A stretch of DNA of 64,000 nucleotides from Fermentimonas sp. (GTDB taxonomy: Bacteria > Bacteroidota > Bacteroidia > Bacteroidales > Dysgonomonadaceae): assembly GCA_050945215.1 (NCBI GenBank), contig JBMNSN010000005.1, positions 6,440-70,439 on the forward strand, read 5' to 3'. Within the stretch, counting starts at the first letter, position 1. Each line of letters starts with the position of its first letter. The notes beneath the pieces were generated by a model that worked only from the letters and a program-made list of their open reading frames with translations, was not told the DNA's origin and did no database searches. Position numbers and translations under genes: made by a program. Positions 12,410 through 22,465 of this stretch are shown piece after piece.

Positions 12410-14485
12410 TTAAACATCTTTCAAGTATTCATATATTGCTTCCTGGGCTCTGACCGGCTTAGTACCCGACGTTATGAAATCTCTCTTGAATACATTTACT
12501 AAATTCTCATCAACCCAAACGGCACTCTGATTATCTGCAAGCTGTATATTCAGAATATCTATTATCTCTCTCTTCAGTTTTTCTGAATATACAGGAAATG
12601 CCACCTCTATTCTGCGATATAGGTTCCTTTGCATCCAATCGGCTGAGGTAAGATATATATTTTCTTCTCCTTCATTATAAAAGTACCAAACCCTTGCATG
12701 CTCCAAATATGCATCTACAATGCGAGTTATGGTTATATTTTTGCTGTATGGCTGGTTAGGTACCAAACAACATATACCTCGAATTATTAGATCTATTTTT
12801 ACACCTGCCTCGCTGGCGCGGTATAGTGCTTTTATCATACCCTTATCCTCGAGGCTATTCATTTTCAATATTATATGACCGATTCCTCCATTTTTTACAT
12901 TCTCAATTTCCCTTTCTATCATCATATTAATGGCAGGCAGCATGTTGAATTGAGCAACGAGTAGATGTTTGAAATCTCGGATATGAGGTTTACCTTCCAA
13001 CACTTTGAACACCTCATCAATATCTTTGATGATTTCAATGTTGGAGGTCAACAAACCTTTGTCGGAATAGATTTTTGCAGTCTTTTCATTAAAATTACCT
13101 GTACCAAGATATGCATAACCTTTTATCGGATTGTTGGGGTCATTACTTCTTTTTCTGACATATGCTAATTTTGCATGAACTTTGAGACCGGGGAGACTAT
13201 AAATAATCTTGACGCCAGCTTGTTGCATCAACTCGGATGACAAAAAGTTGTTCTCCTCATCAAAACGGGCCTTTAACTCCACAAAAACTGTTACTTTTTT
13301 GCCATTCTTTGCAGCGCTGATAAGACTATTTATAACTGCTGAGTTTTCTGCAACTCTATATTGTGTGACCTTGATTTCAAGCACTTTTGGATCAAACGCT
13401 GCCTGCATTAAGAACCTAAGGAGGTAGTCAAATGACTGATATGGGAAGTGCAGAAGTACATCTCTTTTTCGAAGTACCCTTAGAATTGAATTATTTGACT
13501 CAAGTTCAGGAACACGTAGAGACTCAGGATGCTTCACTTCTAATGACTCCCCTATTGGATTAGGCAAATCCGATAGATCTGACAGGTTTAGATACTTACC
13601 TGAAGGGAGTAATTCTTCGTCTTCAATTTCATAAGCTTCACAAAGATGTTTTAGAAAATAGTCAGGCATGTCTTTATCGTATTGGAACCTGGTAACTGCC
13701 CCTATTTTACGTTTTCTAACTTTTTTGAGAATGTTCTCTGCAATATCTTTCTGATCTTCATCTTCTAAAGAGAAGTCTGCGTCACGAGAAATCTTTATGC
13801 TATAACAATCTATTATATCATATCCGGGGAAAATACTTTTTAGATTTGCCTTAATGACATCATCAATAAACATAATATAATGCTTACCTTCGTGCATCGG
13901 CAACTGAATGAACCTGGGGATCTTTGTATACGGAATCTTCATGATTGCGTAATTGTAATTCTCCGGAGAATTGAATATCCTCTTTTTCTTCTTAAGCAGA
14001 CTTATGGTCTGATATATCCTGCCATCCTGTATAAAAGAGTGAATATCATCTTTCTGGATCATCATAGGTTGCATGTATGGGAATATTTCCTCATTGAAAT
14101 ATTTCTCAACGTAGTGCTTATGAACAGGATCTACATCATGAGTCTGATATAAGATAATGCCATTCTTCTTTAGTTCGGGCAGTATTGAATCATTAAAAAT
14201 CTCATAATACTCTTTTTCCTGTGCCGTAACCTCCGTATTTATCTGAACTATTGTATTCATTGCTTCTTCGACGCCTTCCTCTCGATTGATGCTATTCAAG
14301 AGAGAGCTGTGATATCCGGAAACACGCACCTTATAGAACTCTTCTAAGTTTGACGAGTAAATGGAAAGGAACTTTATGCGCTCATATACGGGCAACCTTT
14401 CATCTTTTGCCTCTAATAGAACCCTATAATTAAAGGACAACCAACTGATATCTCTTTTATGGAAAGAATATTGCGACTCATTCAT
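12410..14485 (-). CDS. ppk1: Polyphosphate kinase 1
   Basis: 691 aa. N-terminus RDISWLSFNYRVLLEA is the PPK1 signature. Two PLD-like HxK segments are present (e.g. LKVHAKLAYV). Confidence 0.92.
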   Translation of the reverse strand: MNESQYSFHKRDISWLSFNYRVLLEAKDERLPVYERIKFLSIYSSNLEEFYKVRVSGYHSSLLNSINREEGVEEAMNTIVQINTEVTAQEKEYYEIFNDSILPELKKNGIILYQTHDVDPVHKHYVEKYFNEEIFPYMQPMMIQKDDIHSFIQDGRIYQTISLLKKKKRIFNSPENYNYAIMKIPYTKIPRFIQLPMHEGKHYIMFIDDVIKANLKSIFPGYDIIDCYSIKISRDADFSLEDEDQKDIAENILKKVRKRKIGAVTRFQYDKDMPDYFLKHLCEAYEIEDEELLPSGKYLNLSDLSDLPNPIGESLEVKHPESLRVPELESNNSILRVLRKRDVLLHFPYQSFDYLLRFLMQAAFDPKVLEIKVTQYRVAENSAVINSLISAAKNGKKVTVFVELKARFDEENNFLSSELMQQAGVKIIYSLPGLKVHAKLAYVRKRSNDPNNPIKGYAYLGTGNFNEKTAKIYSDKGLLTSNIEIIKDIDEVFKVLEGKPHIRDFKHLLVAQFNMLPAINMMIEREIENVKNGGIGHIILKMNSLEDKGMIKALYRASEAGVKIDLIIRGICCLVPNQPYSKNITITRIVDAYLEHARVWYFYNEGEENIYLTSADWMQRNLYRRIEVAFPVYSEKLKREIIDILNIQLADNQSAVWVDENLVNVFKRDFITSGTKPVRAQEAIYEYLKDV

Positions 14486-14516
14486 AGTCTATATTTTTAC
14501 TTAATAGATTATTACT

Positions 14517-14524
14517 CAAAAATA
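14517..14524 (-). promoter_or_regulatory. Bacteroidota-type -7 box (TATTTTTG on minus strand) for ppk1
   Basis: Plus strand reads CAAAAATA, the reverse complement of TAnnTTTG. It lies 32 nt upstream of the ppk1 ATG. Confidence 0.4.
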
Positions 14525-14610
14525 CAAAGTTTGTTTTAATAAACTGTCAGTTAGACAAAAAACTAATAATAGATAAACGTATTATATCATAATGTGAAGT
14601 ACAAAAAAGT

Positions 14611-14618
14611 TATATTTG
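14611..14618 (+). promoter_or_regulatory. -7 box TATATTTG for the phosphoesterase gene
   Basis: Matches TAnnTTTG and ends 22 nt before ATG 14641. Confidence 0.45.
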
Positions 14619-14640
14619 TGGGACAGAAATTGAATTTAGT

Positions 14641-15129
14641 ATGAAAAAAATTGGGCTTATATCGGATACTCATGGATATTGGGATAAAAAGTTTGAGCAT
14701 TATTTTCAAGATTGCGATGAAGTTTGGCATGCCGGAGACATAGGGTCTTCTTTTGTTGCAGACAAGTTTGAAGAGCTTAAACCTTTTCGTGCTGTTTATG
14801 GCAACATTGATGGCACAGATATAAGATTAAGATATCCAGAAATTAACAGGTTCCTAATAGAAGATGTAGATGTAATAATAAAGCACATTGGAGGATATCC
14901 CGGGAACTACGATAGGTCTATTAAGAACTTATTATTTAAGTCTCCTCCTAAACTATTCATATCAGGACATTCGCACATTCTGAAAGTGATGTATGATAAA
15001 CGGCTTGGATGTCTTCATATTAACCCGGGTGCCGGAGGAATATATGGGTTTCATAATGTACGTACGATTGTCAAATTCGTCATAGAAGATAAGTCATTCA
15101 AAGATTTAGAGGTGATTGAGTTGAAATGA
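14641..15129 (+). CDS. MJ0936/YfcE-family metallophosphoesterase
   Basis: 162 aa carrying the calcineurin-like motif series SDTHG, HAGDIG, YGNIDG and SGHSH. Confidence 0.8.
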   Translation: MKKIGLISDTHGYWDKKFEHYFQDCDEVWHAGDIGSSFVADKFEELKPFRAVYGNIDGTDIRLRYPEINRFLIEDVDVIIKHIGGYPGNYDRSIKNLLFKSPPKLFISGHSHILKVMYDKRLGCLHINPGAGGIYGFHNVRTIVKFVIEDKSFKDLEVIELK

Positions 15130-15196
15130 TGTAATGGTATCGAGATTAATAAAAGATAAATAGTTAAGTCGCCCTTGAAAATAGAACTCTTTTGAG

Positions 15197-15204
15197 TATC
15201 TTTG
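15197..15204 (+). promoter_or_regulatory. -7 box TATCTTTG for purL
   Basis: Exact TAnnTTTG match, ending 19 nt before ATG 15224. Confidence 0.5.
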
Positions 15205-15223
15205 TTTAATAAACTTATGCTAT

Positions 15224-18200
15224 ATGATTGCTTTTTTTAGAACACCATCACAGAGTATTATTGCTGTTGAAACGACACAGATTTTTTCTAATGAGACGAA
15301 GGAAAAACTTATATGGCTTTTTGGAAATGCGGAATTAATTGATGCTCAAAAAGTCGACTGTAAGTTTATTGGACCAAGACGAGAAATGATAACTCCTTGG
15401 AGTACGTGTGCAGTAGAAATTACACAAAATATGGGCATAGAGGGAATCAGTAGAATTGAAGAGTACTTCCCTATAAATGAAACAAAGGAATACTATTTTG
15501 ACCCTATGCTACAAAGAAAATATGATAATCTTGATGAATCAATCTTTGCTATCGAAGGAGAACCTGAGTCTATTCGATATATAGACGACATAAAGTCATA
15601 CAATGACATTGAAGGATTGGCCATGAGTAGCGATGAGATAGAATATCTTGAAAATCTCAGCAAAAAGATTGATCGCAAGCTGACTGACAGTGAGGTGTTT
15701 GGATTCTCACAAGTAAACTCTGAGCATTGTCGTCATAAGATATTCAATGGGAGATTTATTATAGATGGAAAAGAAAAGGAGATGTCTTTATTTCAGTTGA
15801 TAAAGAAGACATCTAAGGTAAATCCTAACAACTTAATTTCTGCATATAAGGACAATGTTGCTTTTAGTAAAGGCCCAAGAATAGAACAATTTTCTCCTGC
15901 AAGTGGAGATAAACCAGACTTTTTTGTTACGAAGGAGATTGATAGCGTTCTTTCTCTTAAGGCTGAAACTCACAATTTTCCGACTACAGTTGAGCCGTTT
16001 AATGGTGCATCAACCGGTACTGGTGGAGAAATCAGAGACAGATTGGCCGGAGGTAAAGGTTCTATACCTGTTGCAGGAACTGCTGTTTATATGACATCAT
16101 ACCCACGCTTGGAGGGGGGAAGAACATGGGAAGAATCTATCAGAGAACGAACTTGGCTATATCAAACACCAGAGCAAATATTGATTAAAGCATCTAATGG
16201 TGCTTCTGACTTTGGTAATAAGTTCGGGCAACCACTTATTTGTGGGTCTACTCTCACATTTGAACATACTGAAAACGATAAGAAGTTAGGATATGACAAA
16301 GTGATTATGCTTGCGGGAGGTATAGGCTTTGCAAATGAGCGAGATGCGTTGAAAGGCAAACCTGAAAGCGGGGAGAAGATCATAGTTATGGGTGGTGACA
16401 ACTACCGCATAGGTATGGGAGGTGGAGCTGTTTCTTCAGTAAACACCGGGGAGTATTCAGAGGGTATAGAACTGAATGCTGTTCAAAGAGCAAATCCTGA
16501 GATGCAGAAACGTGTTTCAAACGTTTTGCGTAGTCTTGCCGAGTCTAACAATAATCCGATAGTGTCTATTCACGACCATGGCGCCGGAGGTCATCTTAAC
16601 TGCTTATCAGAGATTGTTGAAGACACAGGAGGAGTTATTGAAGTAGACAAACTTCCTATTGGTGACAAGACATTATCTGCTAAGGAGATAATAGGAAATG
16701 AGAGTCAGGAGAGAATGGGACTATTAGTTGAGGATAAGGATATTGATGCCATACATAGGATAGCTGAGCGTGAGCAGGCTCCTTTTTATGTTGTTGGAGA
16801 AACAACCGGAGACATGAAGCTTGTATTCAGACAGGATGATGGTAAAGAACCTATCAATCTGGAGTTGGCCGATTTCTTTGGAAAAACTCCTGAGACTGTT
16901 ATGGAAGATTCTACTGTCGAGGAAAGTTACTCTAACCCAATATATGATGAGGCACATTTAGAAACTTATATCAAGGATGTGCTTAGGCTCGAAGGAGTAG
17001 CTTGTAAAGATTGGTTGACAAACAAGGTTGACCGTTCTGTTACGGGCAAGATAGCTCGTCAACAGACACAAGGTGAGATACAATTGCCATTGAGTGACTG
17101 TGGAGCGATATCATTAGATTTCAGAGGAACGGCAGGTATGGCAACATCAATAGGTCATGCTCCTCAGGTTGCAATGATTGATCCTGCTGCTGGTTCTGTT
17201 GTGGCTATTGCCGAATCATTGACGAACATTGTCTTTGCACCCTTAGCAGAAGGATTAAAGAGTGTTTCTCTAAGTGCCAACTGGATGTGGCCATGTAGAA
17301 ACCCGGGCGAAGATGTCAGATTGTATAAAGCAGTTGAGGCTTGTTCTAACTTTGCTTGCGATTTAGGTATAAACATTCCGACAGGCAAGGATTCACTATC
17401 GATGACTCAGAAGTATGGTAAAGAAAAAGTCTACTCTCCGGGAACTGTGATCATTTCGGCGGCAGCAGAAGTTAAAAATATACGAAAAATTGTATCACCT
17501 GTACTGGCATACATAAAAGGCACTTATATATACTATATTGATTTTTCTTTAGACACCTTTAAACTGGGAGGATCCGCTTTTGCTCAAACCTTGAATAAAG
17601 TGGGTGATGAAGCACCAACAGTAACTGATCCTGAGTACTTTAAAAATGCCTTTAATGCAATACAGGAACTTGTGGACAGAGGTTTAATTCTTGCCGGACA
17701 TGACGTTTCTGCAGGGGGAATGGTAACTACACTACTGGAGATGTGTTTCGCAAATAATGAGGGTGGTATTGAAGCACGACTGGACAAGATTAGAAACTCT
17801 GATCTTATTAAGATTCTATTCTCTGAAAATCCAGGTGTCGTTATTCAAGTAAAGCATCATAAGCTTGTAGAGAAAATATTAAACGATTATGGTTTAGGAT
17901 TTGCTATTATAGCAAGACCTATAGAAAAGCGCAGTTTAATAATAACTAAGGGAGAATTCAATCAAGAATTTGACTTGAATGAACTCAGAGATGTTTGGTA
18001 TAAGACTTCGTATCTACTTGACAGAAAACAAAGTGGCGAGGAACATGCAGAAGACAGGTTCAACAATTACAAAAAACAGTCTCTGCAATTCGCTATAAAG
18101 GAAGATTTCACAGGTAAGCTCGACAGTCTTGGGCTAGATCCTGACAGAAAGGGAAGGTCCGGTATCACAGCTGCTATTATACGTGAAAAAGGCACAAACG

Positions 18201-18922
18201 GAGAAAGAGAGATGGCTTATGCTCTATACTTAGCCGGATTTGATGTAAAAGATGTGCATATGACTGACTTAATGTCGGGAAGAGAGACTCTGGAAGATGT
18301 TCAGATGGCAGTCTTCTGTGGAGGATTTTCCAACTCTGATGTGCTTGGTTCTGCAAAAGGTTGGGCAGGAAATTTCAAGTATAACGAAAGAGCAAAATCA
18401 GCGCTTACAAACTTCTTCGCAAGGGAAGATACCCTCAGTTTAGGTGTTTGCAATGGATGTCAACTTCTTATGGAATTAGGACTGATATACCCAGAGATGA
18501 AAGATGCTCACCCAAAGATGAAACACAATTCGTCAGGCAAGTTTGAGTCGTCTTTCGTTAGTCTCGAGATTGAGAAGAACAACTCTGTAATGCTTAAGAG
18601 CCTAGAAGGTAGTAAGCTGGGTATCTGGGTTGCTCACGGTGAAGGACGTTTCGATTTACCCGGAGATGCATCACAATATAACATAGCAGCGAAGTATGTA
18701 TATGATGAGTACCCGGGAAATCCCAATGGATCTGACTACTCTGCAGCTGCAGTGTGCTCGAAAGATGGACGTCACCTTGCAATGATGCCACACTTGGAGA
18801 GATCTTTATTCCCATGGCAAAATGCTTATTATCCTCACAAGTATAGGAAGCACGAGGTTACCCCTTGGGCTGAGGCTTTTGTAAATGCAAGAGAGTGGAT
18901 TAAACAGAGAAAAAACATTTAA
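15224..18922 (+). CDS. purL: Phosphoribosylformylglycinamidine synthase, single-chain large form
   Basis: 1232 aa. AIR-synthase-like repeats are present. The C-terminal glutaminase has GVCNGCQLL (Cys nucleophile) and HGEGRF. Confidence 0.96.
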   Translation: MIAFFRTPSQSIIAVETTQIFSNETKEKLIWLFGNAELIDAQKVDCKFIGPRREMITPWSTCAVEITQNMGIEGISRIEEYFPINETKEYYFDPMLQRKYDNLDESIFAIEGEPESIRYIDDIKSYNDIEGLAMSSDEIEYLENLSKKIDRKLTDSEVFGFSQVNSEHCRHKIFNGRFIIDGKEKEMSLFQLIKKTSKVNPNNLISAYKDNVAFSKGPRIEQFSPASGDKPDFFVTKEIDSVLSLKAETHNFPTTVEPFNGASTGTGGEIRDRLAGGKGSIPVAGTAVYMTSYPRLEGGRTWEESIRERTWLYQTPEQILIKASNGASDFGNKFGQPLICGSTLTFEHTENDKKLGYDKVIMLAGGIGFANERDALKGKPESGEKIIVMGGDNYRIGMGGGAVSSVNTGEYSEGIELNAVQRANPEMQKRVSNVLRSLAESNNNPIVSIHDHGAGGHLNCLSEIVEDTGGVIEVDKLPIGDKTLSAKEIIGNESQERMGLLVEDKDIDAIHRIAEREQAPFYVVGETTGDMKLVFRQDDGKEPINLELADFFGKTPETVMEDSTVEESYSNPIYDEAHLETYIKDVLRLEGVACKDWLTNKVDRSVTGKIARQQTQGEIQLPLSDCGAISLDFRGTAGMATSIGHAPQVAMIDPAAGSVVAIAESLTNIVFAPLAEGLKSVSLSANWMWPCRNPGEDVRLYKAVEACSNFACDLGINIPTGKDSLSMTQKYGKEKVYSPGTVIISAAAEVKNIRKIVSPVLAYIKGTYIYYIDFSLDTFKLGGSAFAQTLNKVGDEAPTVTDPEYFKNAFNAIQELVDRGLILAGHDVSAGGMVTTLLEMCFANNEGGIEARLDKIRNSDLIKILFSENPGVVIQVKHHKLVEKILNDYGLGFAIIARPIEKRSLIITKGEFNQEFDLNELRDVWYKTSYLLDRKQSGEEHAEDRFNNYKKQSLQFAIKEDFTGKLDSLGLDPDRKGRSGITAAIIREKGTNGEREMAYALYLAGFDVKDVHMTDLMSGRETLEDVQMAVFCGGFSNSDVLGSAKGWAGNFKYNERAKSALTNFFAREDTLSLGVCNGCQLLMELGLIYPEMKDAHPKMKHNSSGKFESSFVSLEIEKNNSVMLKSLEGSKLGIWVAHGEGRFDLPGDASQYNIAAKYVYDEYPGNPNGSDYSAAAVCSKDGRHLAMMPHLERSLFPWQNAYYPHKYRKHEVTPWAEAFVNAREWIKQRKNI

Positions 18923-18927
18923 TACAG

Positions 18928-19332
18928 GTGGCTGATTATATATTCAAATACGATATTAAGGTTCGCGATTATGAATGTGACGCTCAAGGTCATGTGAATA
19001 ACGCGAACTATCAACACTACTTTGAAATAACTAGGCATGAGTTTTTAGAGAAGGTTGGTCTTAATTTTTACAAGCTTCACTTGGATGGTGTTGATGCAGT
19101 TGTGTCAAGAGTCGAAATAAGATATAAAGTTCCGCTTGTTGGTATGGATTTAGTAGAATGTACCATATCTAAGATAGAACGAGTAAGCGTGAAATATATC
19201 TTTCATCAAGAAATAAGACGCAAGACTGATGGAGTTCTATGCGCAAAAGCAAAGATTGAGATTGTAAACTTAGTAAATGGTAAATTGTCTGAACCTGCTT
19301 TATTCGACGAAGCTTTTAAAGAATATCTGTAG
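18928..19332 (+). CDS. 4HBT/YbgC-type acyl-CoA thioesterase (hot-dog fold)
   Basis: 134 aa with N-terminal VRDYECDAQGHVNNANYQHYFE, typical of the 4HBT family. GTG start lies 5 nt after the purL stop. Confidence 0.72.
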   Translation: MADYIFKYDIKVRDYECDAQGHVNNANYQHYFEITRHEFLEKVGLNFYKLHLDGVDAVVSRVEIRYKVPLVGMDLVECTISKIERVSVKYIFHQEIRRKTDGVLCAKAKIEIVNLVNGKLSEPALFDEAFKEYL

Positions 19333-19359
19333 ATATATCACTACTGAAAATTAATTAAT

Positions 19360-20478
19360 TTGACAGATAAGAGATTATATCAAATTGCACTCACACAGAT
19401 TAATGGTGTGGGCGTTACTCTTGCACGCAATCTGATGCAGTACATGGGCGACGAGGAGGCCATTTTTAGAGGCGATGTAGCAAAACTCAGTAGAATTCCC
19501 AGAATATCGCGCAGATTAATTGCTGAAATAAGAAGTTCGGAGGTTATATACAGGGCGGAAAGAGAGCTAAACTTTGCCATCAACAACAATATAGATATAA
19601 TATTCTTTACGGAAGATGATTATCCGGCAAGGCTATCTAATTGTATAGATGCTCCAATTCTCTTATATTCAAAGGGTAAGAATGATTTTAACAGAAGTAA
19701 AACTATTAGTATTGTAGGAACCAGAAATGCCACCAGATATGGGTTGGAATACTGCGAGGAGTTTGTAAAAAAAATCTCTGAAAAGATACCCGATATTCAA
19801 ATAGTAAGCGGACTAGCTTACGGTATTGATGTTTGTGCACATCGTGCATGCCTAAAATATGATGTGTCGACAGTGGGGGTTTTAGCACACGGATTGGATA
19901 GGATATATCCATTCTCGCACAGAGAAACGGCTTTAAAGATGCAAGGGAATGGTGCTATAATATCGGAGTTCCCAAGTCATACCACTCCTGATCGCTTTAA
20001 TTTTGTTAAGCGAAATCGTATAGTTGCCGGTATGTCAGACGCTGTGCTTGTCTTTGAAACACGAACTAAAGGAGGCTCTTTAATCACGGCTGATATAGCC
20101 AATTCTTATTTTAGGGAAGTTTTCGCTCTACCCGGAAGATACGGAGATGAAATGTCTAAAGGATGCAATAAGCTGATAGCTGAAAATAAGGCAAATATCC
20201 TTGAGGGAGTAGATGAGTTTATTCTACACATGGGTTGGCAGGAGGGAAACGACAACAGATACAGTAAAAACACTCCTAAGCAGACGGAGCTTTTCATAGA
20301 CCTAAATGAAGAGGAAAGAAGGATCTACAATCTTCTCGTAGATAATAACTCTATGCAAATTAATACTATGTCTATAGAGTTAAATACACCTGTTTCAGAA
20401 CTATTCATGACTCTTCTTGAACTGGAGATGAAAAATTTAATAAAGTCACTTCCTGGAGGTATGTATCAAATAATTTAG
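19360..20478 (+). CDS. dprA: DNA-processing protein DprA
   Basis: 372 aa. Rossmann-like core has IVGTRNATRYG and GLAYGIDVCAHRA. TTG start; the first in-frame ATG is 25 codons downstream. Confidence 0.88.
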   Translation: MTDKRLYQIALTQINGVGVTLARNLMQYMGDEEAIFRGDVAKLSRIPRISRRLIAEIRSSEVIYRAERELNFAINNNIDIIFFTEDDYPARLSNCIDAPILLYSKGKNDFNRSKTISIVGTRNATRYGLEYCEEFVKKISEKIPDIQIVSGLAYGIDVCAHRACLKYDVSTVGVLAHGLDRIYPFSHRETALKMQGNGAIISEFPSHTTPDRFNFVKRNRIVAGMSDAVLVFETRTKGGSLITADIANSYFREVFALPGRYGDEMSKGCNKLIAENKANILEGVDEFILHMGWQEGNDNRYSKNTPKQTELFIDLNEEERRIYNLLVDNNSMQINTMSIELNTPVSELFMTLLELEMKNLIKSLPGGMYQII

Positions 20479-20488
20479 TTTATTTATT

Positions 20489-20496
20489 TATCTTTG
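20489..20496 (+). promoter_or_regulatory. -7 box TATCTTTG for recA
   Basis: Exact TAnnTTTG match in the dprA-recA spacer, 57 nt before ATG 20553. Confidence 0.45.
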
Positions 20497-20552
20497 GAAT
20501 GACAATCAACAAACATTACATTAGTAATAAATCAATATAGAACTATAATAAA

Positions 20553-21590
20553 ATGGCAGAAGCAAAAGACAATAAAGATAAAAACACAGAGCAAAACAGT
20601 GAAAAAATGAAAGCCTTGCGCTTAGCAATGGAGAAAATAGAGAAGACATACGGCAAAGGCTCAATAATGAAGATGGGAGATGAGAAAATAGATGATATAC
20701 CTGTAATCTCTACCGGATCTATAGGTCTGAATATAGCTCTTGGCGTTGGTGGATATCCACGAGGAAGAATTATCGAGATCTATGGCCCGGAATCTTCAGG
20801 TAAGACAACATTGGCCATTCATGCTATAGCAGAAGTTCAAAAGACCGGGGGGATAGCAGCTTTCATAGATGCTGAGCATGCTTTCGATAGGTTTTATGCC
20901 GAAAAGCTGGGCGTAAACACAGACGAATTACTAATATCACAACCAAATAGTGGAGAAGAAGCTCTTGAAATTGCAGAACAGCTAATACGATCTGCAGCTG
21001 TTGACTTAATAATAATAGACTCTGTCGCTGCTCTTACCCCAAAGAAGGAAATAGAAGGAGACATGGGTGATTCGAACGTAGGGTTGCAAGCACGGCTAAT
21101 GTCTCAAGCTTTAAGGAAACTGACCTCTGCAATCAGCAAAACAAACACCACATGCATATTCATCAATCAGCTACGCGAAAAGATAGGAATAATGTTTGGC
21201 AGCCCCGAAACAACAACAGGTGGTAATGCGCTAAAATTCTATTCGTCCGTACGATTAGATATCAGAGGCAACGGCCAGCCAATAAAAGAGGGAGACGAGC
21301 AAATCGGTAGACCAACGCGCGTTAGGGTTGTTAAAAATAAAGTTGCCCCACCTTTCAAAAAAGCTGAGTTCGACATAATGTATGGTGAAGGCATATCACG
21401 TACTGGGGAAATCTTAGACATGGCTGTCAATCTTGACATTATCAAGAAAAGTGGCTCATGGTATAGCTACAATGATTCAAGATTAGGACAAGGACGCGAT
21501 GCAGTAAAGCTAATTCTTAAAGACAATCCTGAACTGTCAGAAGAAATAGAAGCGCTGATATATGAAGCAATCAAAAATACAGACAAATAA
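20553..21590 (+). CDS. recA: Recombinase RecA
   Basis: Walker [11 protein letters not shown]. Also [18 protein letters not shown] and the [10 protein letters not shown] loop region. Confidence 0.98.
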   Translation: MAEAKDNKDKNTEQNSEKMKALRLAMEKIEKTYGKGSIMKMGDEKIDDIPVISTGSIGLNIALGVGGYPRGRIIEIYGPESSGKTTLAIHAIAEVQKTGGIAAFIDAEHAFDRFYAEKLGVNTDELLISQPNSGEEALEIAEQLIRSAAVDLIIIDSVAALTPKKEIEGDMGDSNVGLQARLMSQALRKLTSAISKTNTTCIFINQLREKIGIMFGSPETTTGGNALKFYSSVRLDIRGNGQPIKEGDEQIGRPTRVRVVKNKVAPPFKKAEFDIMYGEGISRTGEILDMAVNLDIIKKSGSWYSYNDSRLGQGRDAVKLILKDNPELSEEIEALIYEAIKNTDK

Positions 21591-21616
21591 AACCGATAAT
21601 AAATAATCTTTATTAG

Positions 21617-22438
21617 ATGACTGATAATATAAATAAACTTATTGACGACTTCAGTCCTAAGCCGATTTCAATACCTATTGACAGGTGTGAACTCGAAAAG
21701 ATTATAGAAACAATATACTCTTCAATGTTTCCTGTGTGTGATAGTGGCAACTTGACAAAGATCAAGTCGAAGCTTAATAAAAGCATTGAACTGCTACACA
21801 AAAACATCGTAAGACTTCATGACAAAGAAAAAGCTGATAGCATAGTCGAGCAATTCCTTCAAAACTTACCTGCAATACAGGAGCGGTTATATGACGATGC
21901 ACATTGTTATTTCAAATCAGACCCTGCAGCCAAGTCAGTAGAAGAAATAATACTAACTTATCCTGGCTTTTTCGCCTTGTCAGTATATAGAATAGCACAC
22001 CTGTTCAACCAGCTTGGACTCACCTTAATAGCTCGTTTTTTCTCTGAATATGCTCACTCGAAGGCTGGAATAGACATCCACCCGGGTGCTAAGATTGGGG
22101 ACAACCTATTCATGGATCACGGAACAGGTATCGTTATTGGTGAAACCACAATCATTGGAAATGATGTCAAGATCTATCAAGGAGTAACTCTTGGAGCCCT
22201 TTATGTAGAAAAGAAGCTTTCAAACGTAAAACGACACCCAACTGTCGAAGACAATGTCGTTATCTATGCCAATGCCACAATACTTGGAGGAGACACAATA
22301 ATAGGTCACGACTCAGTCATAGGCGGTGGTGCATGGGTAACGGAAAGTATTATCCCCTACTCTTTGGTATACAACACAGTAGATGTCAAGGTTCGTACAG
22401 TAAAGGACTTTCAAGAACCTCATAATTTTATCATATAA
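21617..22438 (+). CDS. cysE: Serine O-acetyltransferase (long Bacteroidota-type N-terminus)
   Basis: Left-handed beta-helix hexapeptide run GIDIHPGAKIGDNLFMDHGTGIVIGETTIIGNDVKIYQGVTLG. It lies immediately upstream of cysK. Confidence 0.85.
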   Translation: MTDNINKLIDDFSPKPISIPIDRCELEKIIETIYSSMFPVCDSGNLTKIKSKLNKSIELLHKNIVRLHDKEKADSIVEQFLQNLPAIQERLYDDAHCYFKSDPAAKSVEEIILTYPGFFALSVYRIAHLFNQLGLTLIARFFSEYAHSKAGIDIHPGAKIGDNLFMDHGTGIVIGETTIIGNDVKIYQGVTLGALYVEKKLSNVKRHPTVEDNVVIYANATILGGDTIIGHDSVIGGGAWVTESIIPYSLVYNTVDVKVRTVKDFQEPHNFII

Positions 22439-22465
22439 GTGCAACAAATAAAAAGAACCAACGGT

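Noticed and set aside
21613-21807. A 64-aa minus-strand ORF overlapping the cysE start
   Set aside because: It overlaps a well-supported gene, is low-complexity and Ile/Ser/Leu-rich, and has no promoter or conserved features.
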